Shown here: positions 49,577 through 60,526 of the stretch, in pieces | Layout: each line of letters begins with the position of its first letter | Position numbering within the stretch: the stretch's first letter is position 1 | Made by a program: the position numbers and the translations under genes | Origin: Alphaproteobacteria bacterium | GTDB taxonomy: Bacteria > Pseudomonadota > Alphaproteobacteria > Bin95 | Reading direction: 5' to 3' | DNA: 64,000 bases | NCBI GenBank assembly: GCA_963665325.3 | Contig: OZ224045.1 | Coordinates: forward strand, 1,152,001 to 1,216,000 | The notes under the pieces: model-generated | The model's database searches: none | What the model was told of the DNA's origin: nothing | The model's input: only the letters and a program-made list of their open reading frames with translations

Positions 49577-49770
49577 CGCATCCGTTTCATCCGCTTCACG
49601 GCCGCGAGTTTCCGCTGGTCGAGACCGCATCGGTGATGGGGGTGGGGCGGGTTCATTACACGGCTGACGGCTGACGACTGACGACGGGACGCTGCGCACG
49701 ATCCGTCAGTCGTCGGAGACATGTCGGGCCATATCCGAAGCCGCATGATCTGAAGGCCTCGCGGAAGCGG
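49531..49770 (+). pseudogene. remnant of a DUF5372 (y4bD/pK-like) mobile-element gene
   Basis: Alternative frame SNAP...VVRITHPFHPLHGREFPLV; broken by a short CTGACG reiteration near 49663-49683. Confidence 0.55.
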
Positions 49771-50017
49771 TTGTCGCGGCCCGGGGCCGACACTCGAAAT
49801 AGCCGCGAGGCCGCCTTTCCATGGAGCGGGGAATATCCCCGGCCCCCGTCTTTCACCGATCAACACGAGGTCCGGGCGTGACGGTCCCGGACCTCGAGGG
49901 AGACTATATCGAAAAGTCAGCCCTTGACCCGCCAACCTGCCGTAGATCACTTTTCGGATTGAACGAAGTAGCGCTTCCCGGTTGTAGAGGCGCTATCGAA
50001 TGGCAAGGGAGGAAGAA

Positions 50018-51313
50018 ATGCCGAAAGACTCGCAAGAAACGAAGGGCCTTTACGCGTGGTTCGCGGAGAACCCGGAAGAAGCGCATCGACAATTTTTCGA
50101 GCCGAAGCCGGGGTTGAGCCGCCGCGGTTTCTTTGCCGGGGCGGGGCTGGCGGCTGCGGGCGGCCTGCTCGGCATGACGATCCCGTTCTACGCCAACATG
50201 CCGCGCGGGCTGGTGCCGGCCGCCTTTGCCTCGGAGGATGTTCTGGTCGGTAAGGACGGGCTGACGCTCCTCAATGACCGGCCGATCAATGCCGAGACGC
50301 CGGCGCACCTGCTCGACGACGCGATCACGCCTACCGCCCGGCACTTCATCCGAAATAACGGCCTGCCGCCGGAAGACGCCGACGCCGCAGGCTGGATGCT
50401 CACCGTGGACGGGCTCGTGGAAAACTCGATGGAGCTGTCCATCGAGAACCTGAAGGCCGGGTTCGAGGTGGTGACCATGGCGCTCACCATCGAATGCGGC
50501 GGCAACGGCCGGGCCTTTTTCGATCCGCCGGCGAAGGGCAACCAGTGGACGGTCGGCGCCGTCGGCTGCTCGGAGTGGACCGGCGTCAGGCTCGCCGACG
50601 TGTTGAAGAAGGCCGGGGTCAAACCGGGCGTGGTCTATACCGCCCATTACGGTGCCGACACCCACCTCTCCGGCAAGGAGGGCAAGCTGCCGATCTCACG
50701 CGGCGTACCGATTGCCAAGGCAATGACCGACAATGTGCTCATCGCGTTTGCGATGAACGGCGGGCCGCTGCACAGGCAGAACGGCGCGCCGCTCCGCCTG
50801 GTCGTACCGGGCTGGCCGGGCTCCTGCTCGCAGAAGTGGCTGAAGCGCATCCAGCTCCGCGACATCGTGCATGACGGGCCGAAGATGACCGGCACCTCCT
50901 ACCGCGTGCCGGGCTATCCGGTCGCTCCCGGCGACAAGGTGCCGAAGGAGGATTTCGAGATCATCGAGCGCATGCCGGTGAAGGCCCTCGTGACAGCGCC
51001 GGAAAATGGCGGCGCAGCAGGCAGGGAGGTGGAAGTGCGCGGCCATGCCTGGTCGGGCGACCGCACCGTTGCCGCAGTCGATCTTTCCATCGATTTCGGC
51101 AAGAGCTGGATGGCGGCCGAGCTGGACAGGCCGGTCAATCCGGGCGCCTGGCAGAACTGGCGGCGCACGGTCGCATTCCCCGAGGCCGGCTATTACGAGG
51201 TCTGGGCGCGGGCGACCGACAGCGCGGGCGAGATGCAGCCCTTCGCCATCGACTGGAACCCGAAGGGCTATCTCAACAACACCATGCACCGCACGGCGTT
51301 GCGCGTGTCCTGA
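50018..51313 (+). CDS. periplasmic sulfite oxidase/dehydrogenase molybdoprotein (SorA/SoxC-like)
   Basis: Tat motif SRRGFF, FIRNNG, ECGGNGR Mo ligand, NGAPLRLVVPG. Confidence 0.9.
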   Translation: MPKDSQETKGLYAWFAENPEEAHRQFFEPKPGLSRRGFFAGAGLAAAGGLLGMTIPFYANMPRGLVPAAFASEDVLVGKDGLTLLNDRPINAETPAHLLDDAITPTARHFIRNNGLPPEDADAAGWMLTVDGLVENSMELSIENLKAGFEVVTMALTIECGGNGRAFFDPPAKGNQWTVGAVGCSEWTGVRLADVLKKAGVKPGVVYTAHYGADTHLSGKEGKLPISRGVPIAKAMTDNVLIAFAMNGGPLHRQNGAPLRLVVPGWPGSCSQKWLKRIQLRDIVHDGPKMTGTSYRVPGYPVAPGDKVPKEDFEIIERMPVKALVTAPENGGAAGREVEVRGHAWSGDRTVAAVDLSIDFGKSWMAAELDRPVNPGAWQNWRRTVAFPEAGYYEVWARATDSAGEMQPFAIDWNPKGYLNNTMHRTALRVS

Positions 51314-51337
51314 CCGTTAGCGCCGGAATTCTGCGGA

Positions 51338-52042
51338 ATGCGGGCCGCCATTGCGGCGGCGCTGCTGCTGCTCGCTTGTGCGGCAGCGGCAGCGCCGGTT
51401 AGTGCGGCTGACCTGGAAGCGCGTCTTGCCGCGGCCGATCCCGGCCGCGGCAAGAAGGTGTTCCGCAAATGCGCTGCCTGCCACACGGCGGAGAAGGGCG
51501 GTCGAAACAAGATTGGGCCCAATCTCTGGGGCATTGTCGGCGCGCCGGCAGGGGCCAGCGAAGGGTTCCGCTATTCGAAGGCGATGAAGGCGTTCGGCGC
51601 CAGCTGGACGCCGGAGCGCCTCGATGTCTATCTGACGAAGCCGCGCGCGCTCGTGAAGGCCGGCTCCATGACCTTCGCCGGCCTGAAACGCGAGAGGGAC
51701 CGCGCCGATGTCATCGCCTTCCTGAACGAAATGGGCGACAGCCCGGCCGATTTTGGGAGCGCGTCTGCAGCGCCAGCGGTTCCGCAGACGCCGGAGCCGG
51801 AAGATTTCGGCCTGATGGTCAGCGCGCCGGGCGCCTCCGAGACTTTCGACGCCTGCACGCCCTGCCACTCGGAACGGATCGTCGTTCAGCAGGGCCTGAC
51901 GCGAGAGCAATGGGACGAGCTTATGGTGTGGATGGTGGAGGAGCAGGAGATGGAGCCGATAGAGAACGGCGAGCTCGCGGTCATCCTCGACTATCTGGCG
52001 GAGCATTACGGCCCCGACCGCCCGAACTTCCCGCGCCGATAG
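51338..52042 (+). CDS. di-heme cytochrome c, partner of the sulfite dehydrogenase
   Basis: CAACH (cytochrome c2-like domain, KIGPNL) and CTPCH. Confidence 0.88.
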   Translation: MRAAIAAALLLLACAAAAAPVSAADLEARLAAADPGRGKKVFRKCAACHTAEKGGRNKIGPNLWGIVGAPAGASEGFRYSKAMKAFGASWTPERLDVYLTKPRALVKAGSMTFAGLKRERDRADVIAFLNEMGDSPADFGSASAAPAVPQTPEPEDFGLMVSAPGASETFDACTPCHSERIVVQQGLTREQWDELMVWMVEEQEMEPIENGELAVILDYLAEHYGPDRPNFPRR

Positions 52043-52864
52043 GCGGTACTCCGCCGGTAAGGATTGCAGCGTCCGCCCGCAGCAGTGCCCTTCAGGACGG
52101 CTCGCAGGCGGCCGGGGCGTCGCCAGAGACGTGCCGCGAAGCGCCCCTTCAATCTCTACCAGTGGGTATTGTCACCCTACTGACTGCGGGCGCCGCTCGG
52201 CAGCGCGTTGGCGGCGAATCCAAGGACTCTGTAGGCTCACCCCGCACCCGTCACAACACAAGCGCCAGGCGGTCTCCATGCGTTTCGTGCGGAGTGAACC
52301 GCCAATCGGAAGGGAAGATTGACCATGCGGCCTCACGCCTTTCCCGTTCAAATTCGCAGCGTCAAACCACCTGCCGGACATCACCGTAAGCCCATTCCCA
52401 AGCAGCCTCCTGCACCAGCCGCAAGATTGCCCATTGACCGATTTAGTTCAGTCCCGCGATAGCAAAGTCGGCGCCTCTGGAGTAACTGACGAACAGCGAG
52501 CGGACGCTCTCTACGCCCTTCTGTGGGGACCCTATGGTGCCGAAGAGCGGGTGCTCATCCTTCGGGAGTGTGCGCGGGATGCGGCCTCTTGAACTTTGGT
52601 CAGATCTGCGACGGCCTCCGGAAGGCGACGGGGCGGAGTTGGCTTTCTCCAGCCGTACTCGCTGAATCGGACCTCGATTGGGGCGAACGCCATTTGCCCG
52701 ATCCTTGTTGGTTTAGTCTGGGCAATATGCAACGCTACTTTACCAGCGCGGGATCGGAGGCACCTCCTTTGACAGCAAGCCATCCTTCGCGGTAATCGGC
52801 ACCGGTATGGTAGGCATCTGCTGCGCCTTCTGCCTAGGGAACGAAGAGTTCAATGTCGCCCTAG

Positions 52865-54514
52865 CCCGCATTTCTCACCGTGGTTGTCATGGGAAGGCGT
52901 TTTGTGTGTTTGCGAGGTCTTGGGAGTGGCGCGCCGGTTTTCTGCTTTTGACGGCGCAGGGGTATCGGTTGCGCCTGAGGCGCTCTGGCGTCCGGGGTAT
53001 GTTTCCTTGTTGTTGACGGTCTGGTTGAGTTGGAGCCTTGGGCTCAGGTCAGCTGCATAATCGCCGGTATGCGTGGGCGAAGATATCGGCATGGGGACAG
53101 GCGGATGCCATGGCGATGCGGATACGCCTTGCGCTGCGTCGGACCTGAGCGCCGACTTTGAGGAGCTTGAGGCGTATGGAGCCGCATGTGGCTCTGGCGA
53201 GGCGAGTGCCTGCGAGCGCGATGCGCCTCAGGGCGGAGAGCAGGACATAGGCCATGGAGGCGAACCAGAGGCGGAGCTGGTTGGCGCGCATGGCGGTTGT
53301 GGAGGTGCGGTCGGCGAAGAGGTCGAGCTGACACTCCTTGATGCGGTTTTCCATCTCGCCTCTGGCGCAATAGAACTGTTCGTAGAGGACCCGCCGGTCG
53401 ATGACAGCCCGGCTCAGCGAGGTGACGATGAAGCGCGGGTTGGCGCGGCCCGGCAGCCACTCCGCCTTGCCGACGACGCGGCGCGGGCGCGACCAGGTCT
53501 TCAGGGTTCGATAGCGGAACTCGGTGAACAGGCGCGCGGGCTCTGCGCTTTTCTGCGAGCGCGCCTCGGCCCGGTCCAGGGCCGGCTGCAGGCGGGCTGC
53601 CAGCCGCGTGTTGCGCGCCAGGCCGAAGACGTAGTCGACGGCATTGTCCTCGCACCATGCCATCAGCAGCTCGCGGGCAAAGCCCGAGTCGGCGCGGAGC
53701 ACGATCTCCACTGCCGGCCAGCGGGCGCGGATCTGTCCGACAATCCGCTCCACCTCCTCGACCGCGCCGGCGCTGGCATCGATGTTGGCACGCCTCAGCT
53801 TTGCCGCCAGAAGATGGTCGCCGCAGAAGATGTAGAGCGGCAGGTAGCAGTAGCAGTCGTAATAGCCGTGGAAGAACCGGCCCTCCTGGCGTCCGTGCAG
53901 CGGGTCGTCGGTGGCGTCGAGGTCGAGCACCAGCCGCTCCGGCGCGCGCTCGTGGGCGTCGAGAAACAGGTCCACGAACAGCGCCTCGATCGCACCGGCA
54001 TCGTGGCCGATGCGCCGATAGCGATGCGCGCCCACCGGCGCGTGCTCCAGACGGTTCAGCGTCGACTTGCCTGCCAGCGGCGCACAATCCCGCCGACGCG
54101 CCTCCAGACGGCCCAGAACCGCGCCCAGAACAGGGTCGCGGCGCAACTCGTCGTGGTCCACAAGGTCCTCGTAGCCCAGCGCAATCCCGAACACACGCTG
54201 GCCCACCAGCGTCTCCACATCGTGCACAACACGATACGAAGAGCGACCGTCCCAAAAGCAATCCGAAAACCGATCTACCAGGCCTATCGCCCGGTCCGTC
54301 GCCCCCAGAAGCAGCGCGCCTGCGTCCGAGGTCATCGTACCGCCGCCGAAATCCGCCACAACATCGCGGCCCTTCAGCCGTGCAAATCGCATCGAAACCG
54401 GGTTACACTCTGTCGGCATCGGGGAGCTCCTCTGCAACCGGACAAGTCTTTGTCACAAAAGAACTTTCTCACATGCAGACCCCCGATGCACCTACCCACG
54501 GTGAGAAATGCGGG
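52865..54514 (-). mobile_element. IS1380-family insertion sequence (1650 bp)
   Basis: 19-bp terminal inverted repeats CCCGCATTTCTCACCGTGG; CTAG duplicated at 52861-52864 and 54515-54518. Confidence 0.95.
53049..54419 (-). CDS. IS1380 DDE transposase
   Basis: FGGGTMTSDAG, LDLDATDDPLHG.QEG, RADSGF, RGEMENRIKE. Confidence 0.95.
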   Translation of the reverse strand: MPTECNPVSMRFARLKGRDVVADFGGGTMTSDAGALLLGATDRAIGLVDRFSDCFWDGRSSYRVVHDVETLVGQRVFGIALGYEDLVDHDELRRDPVLGAVLGRLEARRRDCAPLAGKSTLNRLEHAPVGAHRYRRIGHDAGAIEALFVDLFLDAHERAPERLVLDLDATDDPLHGRQEGRFFHGYYDCYCYLPLYIFCGDHLLAAKLRRANIDASAGAVEEVERIVGQIRARWPAVEIVLRADSGFARELLMAWCEDNAVDYVFGLARNTRLAARLQPALDRAEARSQKSAEPARLFTEFRYRTLKTWSRPRRVVGKAEWLPGRANPRFIVTSLSRAVIDRRVLYEQFYCARGEMENRIKECQLDLFADRTSTTAMRANQLRLWFASMAYVLLSALRRIALAGTRLARATCGSIRLKLLKVGAQVRRSARRIRIAMASACPHADIFAHAYRRLCS

Positions 54515-55013
54515 CTAGTGGAACCGGGCCGGTTCGAGCGATGAGGCCTCGTTCAGCAATCTCTGCGGCTTCGTCAAGGCCTCCTGCCCACCGGCCGCCA
54601 TGCTGCGTGTGCTCCAAAAGGCGCCCGGAAGGTGCGCGTGCCCAGGAGGGACACGAGCGACATACCGGTCCGGAATGTCGTGGTGGTGGCCGGCGTCTGG
54701 TCGCGGCCATGCTCGGCACGAAGGTCCCGCTGGAGGCGGAGGGCGTGCGCCTCCGGCGGCGTCGCCGAGTTCGCACCGCCGGAGGCGCCGGAGGCCCCCC
54801 GGGTCGCCACCCGTGTCCGCCGCCACGGGGACGCGCTGTTCCCGGAGATGAAGGGCGGACGGGTTACCGAATGGATGGGCCCGCGCCCCTCGCATCCGGA
54901 TTCGAAGCCGGTCATCGGCCGCCCGCCGAGCGTGGACCTGGCGCCCTTCCGGCCCGACCGGTTCTAGAACGCGGACTCCGCCCGAGAGCCGCCGCAGACG
55001 GAGACAGGAAGCC

Positions 55014-55676
55014 ATGGAACACAACTGGGATTTCTACACCGTCTTCATCGGCTACGAAGGGTGGTGGCTGAAAGGCCTGCTCGTCACCATTGCCTATGCG
55101 ACCGGAACCGTGATCGGCGGCCTCATCATCGGCGTCGTCTGCGGCATGGGCCTGCTCGCGAACCGCTGGTGGCTGACCGTCCCGATTCACGCCTATGTGG
55201 AGCTGTTTCGCTGCACGCCGGTGCTGGTCCAGATCATCTGGTTCTTCTTCGCCCTGCCGATCGTCATCCAGGTCGATCTGCCCGGCTGGCTGGCCGCCGG
55301 CATCGGGCTCACGCTCTATATGGGCTGTTTCGCCACCGAGATCTTCCGGGGCGGCATCATCTCTATCGACAAGGGCCAGTGGCAGGCGGCGCGGGCCATC
55401 GGCATGACCTACCGGGAGATGATGCAGCACATCATCCTGCCGCAGGCCGTCCGCCGGATGGTGCCGCCCTTCGTCAACCAGTCGGTCATCCAGTTCAAGA
55501 ACACCGCCCTCCTCTATGTCGTCGCGGTGCCGGACATGATGTACACGGGCTATCTGGTGGTGGCCGACACCTACCGGCCGCTGGAGGTCTATACAGGCGT
55601 CGCGGTCGCCTATTTCGTGCTGCTCTACCCGATCACGCAGTGGGGCAAACGGCTGGAGGCGCGCAGTGATCAATAG
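55014..55676 (+). CDS. polar amino acid ABC transporter permease
   Basis: [24 protein letters not shown]. Confidence 0.9.
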   Translation: MEHNWDFYTVFIGYEGWWLKGLLVTIAYATGTVIGGLIIGVVCGMGLLANRWWLTVPIHAYVELFRCTPVLVQIIWFFFALPIVIQVDLPGWLAAGIGLTLYMGCFATEIFRGGIISIDKGQWQAARAIGMTYREMMQHIILPQAVRRMVPPFVNQSVIQFKNTALLYVVAVPDMMYTGYLVVADTYRPLEVYTGVAVAYFVLLYPITQWGKRLEARSDQ

Positions 55677-56466
55677 CTCCGGAACCGGCCCCCGCAGCCA
55701 CCCGACGGTGTCCCTGCGCAACCTCCGCAAGAACTACGGTTCGGTCGAGGCCGTGCGGGGCGTGTCCCTCGATGTCCATGCGGGTGAGGTGGTCGTTATC
55801 ATCGGCCCGTCCGGTTGCGGCAAGTCCACGACATTGCGCTGCCTCAACCTGCTGGAGGAGCCGACCGGCGGCACGCTGCGCGTCGGCGACCGGGAACTGG
55901 ACTTCGCCAACCGGCGCAGCCTGCCTACGGGCCGCAACCTGGCGCGCTTCCGCGCCCAGTTCGGCATGGTATTCCAGCAATTCGACCTGTTCGCCCACAA
56001 GACGGCGCTGCAGAACGTCATGGTCGGCCCGACGGTGGTCCAGAGGATTCCGGCGGCGGAAGCCCGCAGCCTCGCCGTGGAGCACCTGGCCCGCGTCGGC
56101 CTCTCGGGCATGGAGGACCGGCTGCCGCGCGAGCTCTCCGGCGGCCAGCAGCAGCGCGTGGCCATAGCCCGCGCGCTTGCGATGAAGCCCGAGGTGCTGC
56201 TGTTCGACGAGGTGACCTCGGCGCTCGACCCGGAGCTGGTCGGCGAGGTGCTGGCCGTAATGCAGGGGCTGGCCCGCGACGGCGCCACCATGGTGGTCGT
56301 GACCCACGAAATGGGCTTCGCGCAGGACGTGGCGGACCGGGTGATCTTCATGGACATGGGAGAGGTGATCGAGGAGGGCTCAGCCGGCGAAGTGCTGACA
56401 AACCCGCAAAGCCCCCGCACCCGCTCCTTCCTGACGCGGTTCCACCGGCAGGAGGCGGAGGGGTAG
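55666..56466 (+). CDS. polar amino acid ABC transporter ATP-binding protein
   Basis: [35 protein letters not shown]. Confidence 0.92.
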   Translation: MINSSGTGPRSHPTVSLRNLRKNYGSVEAVRGVSLDVHAGEVVVIIGPSGCGKSTTLRCLNLLEEPTGGTLRVGDRELDFANRRSLPTGRNLARFRAQFGMVFQQFDLFAHKTALQNVMVGPTVVQRIPAAEARSLAVEHLARVGLSGMEDRLPRELSGGQQQRVAIARALAMKPEVLLFDEVTSALDPELVGEVLAVMQGLARDGATMVVVTHEMGFAQDVADRVIFMDMGEVIEEGSAGEVLTNPQSPRTRSFLTRFHRQEAEG

Positions 56467-56580
56467 AAGGGCTCTCAGCCGTCTTTGTCGAGAACCTCGA
56501 CCCGCCGGCCATACCTTCCGCCAAAAGCAGGCCGAAGCCGCCAAGCCCGATTTTCGACGGAGGATGGGAGGCCGCGCCCG

Positions 56581-57723
56581 TCATTCCAGCAGCAGGGTCC
56601 GGTATGCGGCGAGCCGGTCCGTATCGACCGCAATGCCGAGGCCCGGCCCGTCCGGGACATGCACCATGCCGCCGCGGACCGGGAACGGCTCCGCCAGGAT
56701 GTCCTCCCTGAGATAATAGGTGGACATGTAGAACTCGCAGCCGAGATGCAGGTCGGGGAGCGCCGCCATCAGGTGCGCGCCCGCCGCGTGGGCGACCCCG
56801 GTTTCGAACATGCAACCGCCATAGACGTCGATGCCGCCGAGCCGCGCAATCGCCGCCACCTCCAGAGCGCGCCTTATACCGCCGGATTTCATGATCTTGA
56901 GCGCGAAGATATCGGCAAGGCGCATGGACACGCCTTCCATCGCCTCGCGCGGATCGAACACCGACTCGTCCGCCATCACCGGCGTGTCGATGGCGCGGGT
57001 TATGTCTGCAAGCGCGGCGCGTTCGTGGCGCTTCACCGGCTGCTCGATGAAGGCCAGCCCGAACGCCTCCAGGTCCTTCAGGGTGCGAATGGCGTCGGTG
57101 GCCCGCAGCCCCTGGTTGTAGTCGATGCGGATGCTGAGGGTGTCGCCGTAGAGGGCACGCAGCTTCTCCAGCCGCATCCGGTCGAAGGCGTGGTTGTCGA
57201 AACCGGTCTTGAGCTTCAGGACACTCACGCCGTCGCCGGTAATGCGCGCGATGTCGTCGAGGTCGGCGTCGAAATCGGGGTTGGCGACGGAAAAGCTGAG
57301 CGGCACCGCCTCGCGGTGGCGGCCGCCGACCAGTTCCGATACCGACAGGCCGCTTATCTGCCCCGCAATGTCGAGCAGGGCGGTCTCCAGCGCCGCCTTC
57401 GCCTCCGGGCAGCCGACGACGACCCGGTCCGCCATCGACAGGTGCGTCTCGACCTGGACCGGGTCCCGGCCGATCAGATGGGGGCGCAGATGGACATGGA
57501 GGGCCGCGGCATTCGCTTCGGCAGTGCCGGTGAATACCGGCCAGGGCGATGCCTCGCCCCATCCGGTGATGCCGCCATCCGTCCAGACCTCCAGAATGAC
57601 GCTGTTGACGCCCGCGACATCGCCGCTGCCGTGGGAGTGAACCGCCTGAACCGGAATGCTGACGGTATGGACCCGCAGCCCTTCGATCTTCTGCCGGCCG
57701 GGCGCCCCGGTCACGCGATCCAC
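56581..57723 (-). CDS. enolase superfamily (muconate cycloisomerase / mandelate racemase-like) enzyme
   Basis: GITGWGE, KLK, DYNQ, EQP, ADES, LKIMKSGG. Confidence 0.88.
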   Translation of the reverse strand: MDRVTGAPGRQKIEGLRVHTVSIPVQAVHSHGSGDVAGVNSVILEVWTDGGITGWGEASPWPVFTGTAEANAAALHVHLRPHLIGRDPVQVETHLSMADRVVVGCPEAKAALETALLDIAGQISGLSVSELVGGRHREAVPLSFSVANPDFDADLDDIARITGDGVSVLKLKTGFDNHAFDRMRLEKLRALYGDTLSIRIDYNQGLRATDAIRTLKDLEAFGLAFIEQPVKRHERAALADITRAIDTPVMADESVFDPREAMEGVSMRLADIFALKIMKSGGIRRALEVAAIARLGGIDVYGGCMFETGVAHAAGAHLMAALPDLHLGCEFYMSTYYLREDILAEPFPVRGGMVHVPDGPGLGIAVDTDRLAAYRTLLLE

Positions 57724-59417
57724 TCGCTCACGGGTGCGGCCGCCTCGTTCAGCGGCTGGCTGATGACATCGACGAGCGTGGGGCCGTCATGCTCGACCGC
57801 CTTCCTGAGCGTGGCTTCGAGGGCATCCGGGTCTTCGACGCGCCACGACTTGACTCCGAAGGCCGACGCGATGGCGGCATGGTCCGAGCGCTCGAAATCG
57901 ACGGAGAAGTAGCGTTCGCCGAAGCCCGCCCGCTGGCCTGCCTTGATCCAGCCGAAGACGGCGTTGGAGAACACGATGAAGGTAATCGGCATTTTGCGGC
58001 GCACGACCGTTTCGAACTCGCCGCAGGTGAAGCCGAAACTGCCGTCGCCCATGAGCGAGACGACCTTCCTGTCCGGCCGGCCGACCCAGGCCCCCATCGC
58101 GGCGGACATGGAATAGCCGAGCGCACCATGCGCCCGGTTGGAGAACAGCGTGCGGCCCGTGGTTCGCAACTCGTAGAAGGCCGACACATAGGGGCAGGGC
58201 GTGCCCGGATCGGCAACCACGATGGCGTCGTCGTCGAGCACCGCACGGAGCGCGGCGACAGTCCTTTCGGGCTTGATCGGCCGGTCCCCGCTCTCGGCAA
58301 GCGGACGGAACGCCGCCCATTTCCTCGCCTTTGCCGGGGCGACGGCCGCCGCCCCGCCGAACCCGGCCGGCGGGGACTTGCGGGCGTCGAGCAACCGGTT
58401 CAACGCCGCCAGCCCGAGCCTTGCATCGCACACCATGCCCGCCTCGGTGCGGTAGGACGCGGCGATAACCTGGGGATCGCAGTCGAGATGGACGATGCGC
58501 GTGGACCTGGACGGCGTGCGCCAGCGCTCGGTCGTGACGGAGCCCGCCCGGCAGCCGATGAAGAACACGAGGTCGGCCGTGTCCAGGAAGTCCTTCGTGG
58601 CCGGCACGCCGCCGTTCGAGCCGACGACGCCCACATTGTTCGCATGCGTCTCCGGCAGGCTGCCCTGGCCGGAAACGGTCGTCGCCACCGCGATGTCGAG
58701 CCCTTCGACGAAGCGCCGGAACTCGGCCTCGCCGCCCGAAAGCACGATGCCGCCGCCGCAGACGACCGCCGGGAACCGGGCGGTCAGCAGCGCCTCCAGC
58801 AGCGCCGCCGCATCCTCCTCCGGCGGCGCCGAGGGGAAGGCCGGATAGGCCGCGTGGCGCGGCTCCGCCCAGATCGTGTCCGGATCGACAGGATCGCGCT
58901 GCACGTCGATGGGGAAGCCGAGATGGGCGGCGCCCGGACGGCCCGTAGTCATGGCCCGGAAGGCGGCGCGCACCATGTCGGGCAGCATGTCGGACCGGTT
59001 GAGCACGGCGTTCCACTTGGTCAGCGGGCGCATCAGGCCTTCCTGGTCCAGCTCCGTCAGCGGGTAGTGGCCGCGCGAGGAGACCGAGACGTCCGAGGTG
59101 ATCGAGAGGACGGGCACGGAGGATTCGTTCGCCTCGACCAGCCCCGGCAGGATGTAGGTCGCGCCGCCGCCCGACGGGCCTTCGCAGATGCCCGGCCGGT
59201 GCGTCACGCGCGCATAGCCGTCCGCCATATAGGCGGCCGAGCGTTCGTCGCGCGTCAGGATATGGTCGATCTTGTGGTCGAGCCGGTAGAGCGCATCGTA
59301 GAAGGGCAGCGTGGTGTCCCCGCAAAGGCCGAAAATATGCCGGACACCATGCGCCTCCAGCATCCGCACCATCGCCTCGGCGCCGTTCAGGACGTTTCCG
59401 GGAGCATCCCCTGTCAT
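57711..59417 (-). CDS. thiamine pyrophosphate-dependent enzyme (acetolactate synthase-like)
   Basis: RDERSAAYMADGYAR; GDGS...N TPP motif. Confidence 0.9.
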   Translation of the reverse strand: MTGDAPGNVLNGAEAMVRMLEAHGVRHIFGLCGDTTLPFYDALYRLDHKIDHILTRDERSAAYMADGYARVTHRPGICEGPSGGGATYILPGLVEANESSVPVLSITSDVSVSSRGHYPLTELDQEGLMRPLTKWNAVLNRSDMLPDMVRAAFRAMTTGRPGAAHLGFPIDVQRDPVDPDTIWAEPRHAAYPAFPSAPPEEDAAALLEALLTARFPAVVCGGGIVLSGGEAEFRRFVEGLDIAVATTVSGQGSLPETHANNVGVVGSNGGVPATKDFLDTADLVFFIGCRAGSVTTERWRTPSRSTRIVHLDCDPQVIAASYRTEAGMVCDARLGLAALNRLLDARKSPPAGFGGAAAVAPAKARKWAAFRPLAESGDRPIKPERTVAALRAVLDDDAIVVADPGTPCPYVSAFYELRTTGRTLFSNRAHGALGYSMSAAMGAWVGRPDRKVVSLMGDGSFGFTCGEFETVVRRKMPITFIVFSNAVFGWIKAGQRAGFGERYFSVDFERSDHAAIASAFGVKSWRVEDPDALEATLRKAVEHDGPTLVDVISQPLNEAAAPVSEWIA

Positions 59418-59685
59418 GTTCCGCAATCCATCGCCAGCCGTCCCTCTGAAGGCTGAGCGCTTCCGTCCCACGCTGCCCGTTCCGTATAGGGGCCGGCATG
59501 CCGGGTCAATAGTACTCCCCAACCTCCTGGTATCCTGGCCGATACCTCGGAAGGCACCCCGTAGCGGCGGCAGAACTATTTCCTTGCCCGGAGGTTCTCG
59601 ACGGCAGACTATGACCAAGAGGCGGACCGGCCGTCTCAATGGAGAACTCGGCCGTTGGTCGCCTCGCACAAGGAGGAGGAAACTC

Positions 59686-60516
59686 ATGAAGAGGATTTTC
59701 GCAGCCTTGGCATCGGCTTTCGTGGCTGCGACGCTGCTGGTCGGCGGCACGACCGCGGGCCAGGCGGAGTCCACCTGGGAGCGGATCAAGAGCAGCGGCG
59801 AGGTCAAGTTCGCGGTGTTCAACTATCCGCCCTATTTCGTGAAGGACAAGGACACCAACGAGTGGGGCGGCGCGCTGATCGAGATGGCGAAGGATGTCGC
59901 CAAGGAGCTCAAGGTCGAGCTCAACATGGTCGAGGTCGGCGGCTGGAGCGAGCTGGTTCTGGCGATCTCCTCCGGCAAGGTGGACTTCGCGGCCGGCATG
60001 CAGGCGACGCCCGTGCGGGCGACGGCGATCGACTTCGCGGGCCCGATCTACTGGATCGAGTGGGTGACCGTGAACAACAAGAACTTCGAGGGCAAGAACT
60101 GGGCCGACTACAACAATCCCGACGTGAAGGTCGCGGTGATGACCGGAACCTCGGACCAGCTCCTGCTTGAAAAATGGGCGCCCAAGGCGACCCAGGTCCA
60201 GTTCAAGGAGTTCTCGCAGATCATCCTTGCGGTCAGCTCCGGGCGGGCCGACGCCTTCACCACCACGGTGCTGTCCAGCATGATCGCCAAGGAGAAGAAC
60301 CCCGAACTCGGCACCTTCAACAATCCGAAGCCGCGCGCGGCGCTGCCCGGCTATTTTGGCATTCGCAGCGAGATGGACCCCACCTTCAAGAAGTTCCTGA
60401 ACTGGTGGGCGGAGTGGAACAACCTTCTGGGCCACAATGAGCGGCGCATGAAGGAAGCGATGCTGAAATACAGCGAGATCACGGAAATCCCGGACACGGT
60501 GTCCTTCTCGCCGTAG
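59686..60516 (+). CDS. amino acid ABC transporter substrate-binding protein (family 3)
   Basis: AGGAGG RBS, signal peptide, ERIKSSGEVK, SGKVD, TPVRATAIDF. Confidence 0.9.
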   Translation: MKRIFAALASAFVAATLLVGGTTAGQAESTWERIKSSGEVKFAVFNYPPYFVKDKDTNEWGGALIEMAKDVAKELKVELNMVEVGGWSELVLAISSGKVDFAAGMQATPVRATAIDFAGPIYWIEWVTVNNKNFEGKNWADYNNPDVKVAVMTGTSDQLLLEKWAPKATQVQFKEFSQIILAVSSGRADAFTTTVLSSMIAKEKNPELGTFNNPKPRAALPGYFGIRSEMDPTFKKFLNWWAEWNNLLGHNERRMKEAMLKYSEITEIPDTVSFSP

Positions 60517-60526
60517 CTGTCCCAGG

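Larger units (their letters stand above)
52769..54967 (+). pseudogene. decayed D-amino-acid dehydrogenase (DadA-like), interrupted by IS1380
   Basis: VIGTGMVGICCA before the IS; ASFSN, AGVWS and WMGPRPSHPDSKPVIG after it, in shifting frames. Confidence 0.75.

Noticed and set aside
52050-52760. Possible decayed regulator gene upstream of the dadA-like pseudogene
   Set aside because: No motif could be recognised with confidence in any frame.
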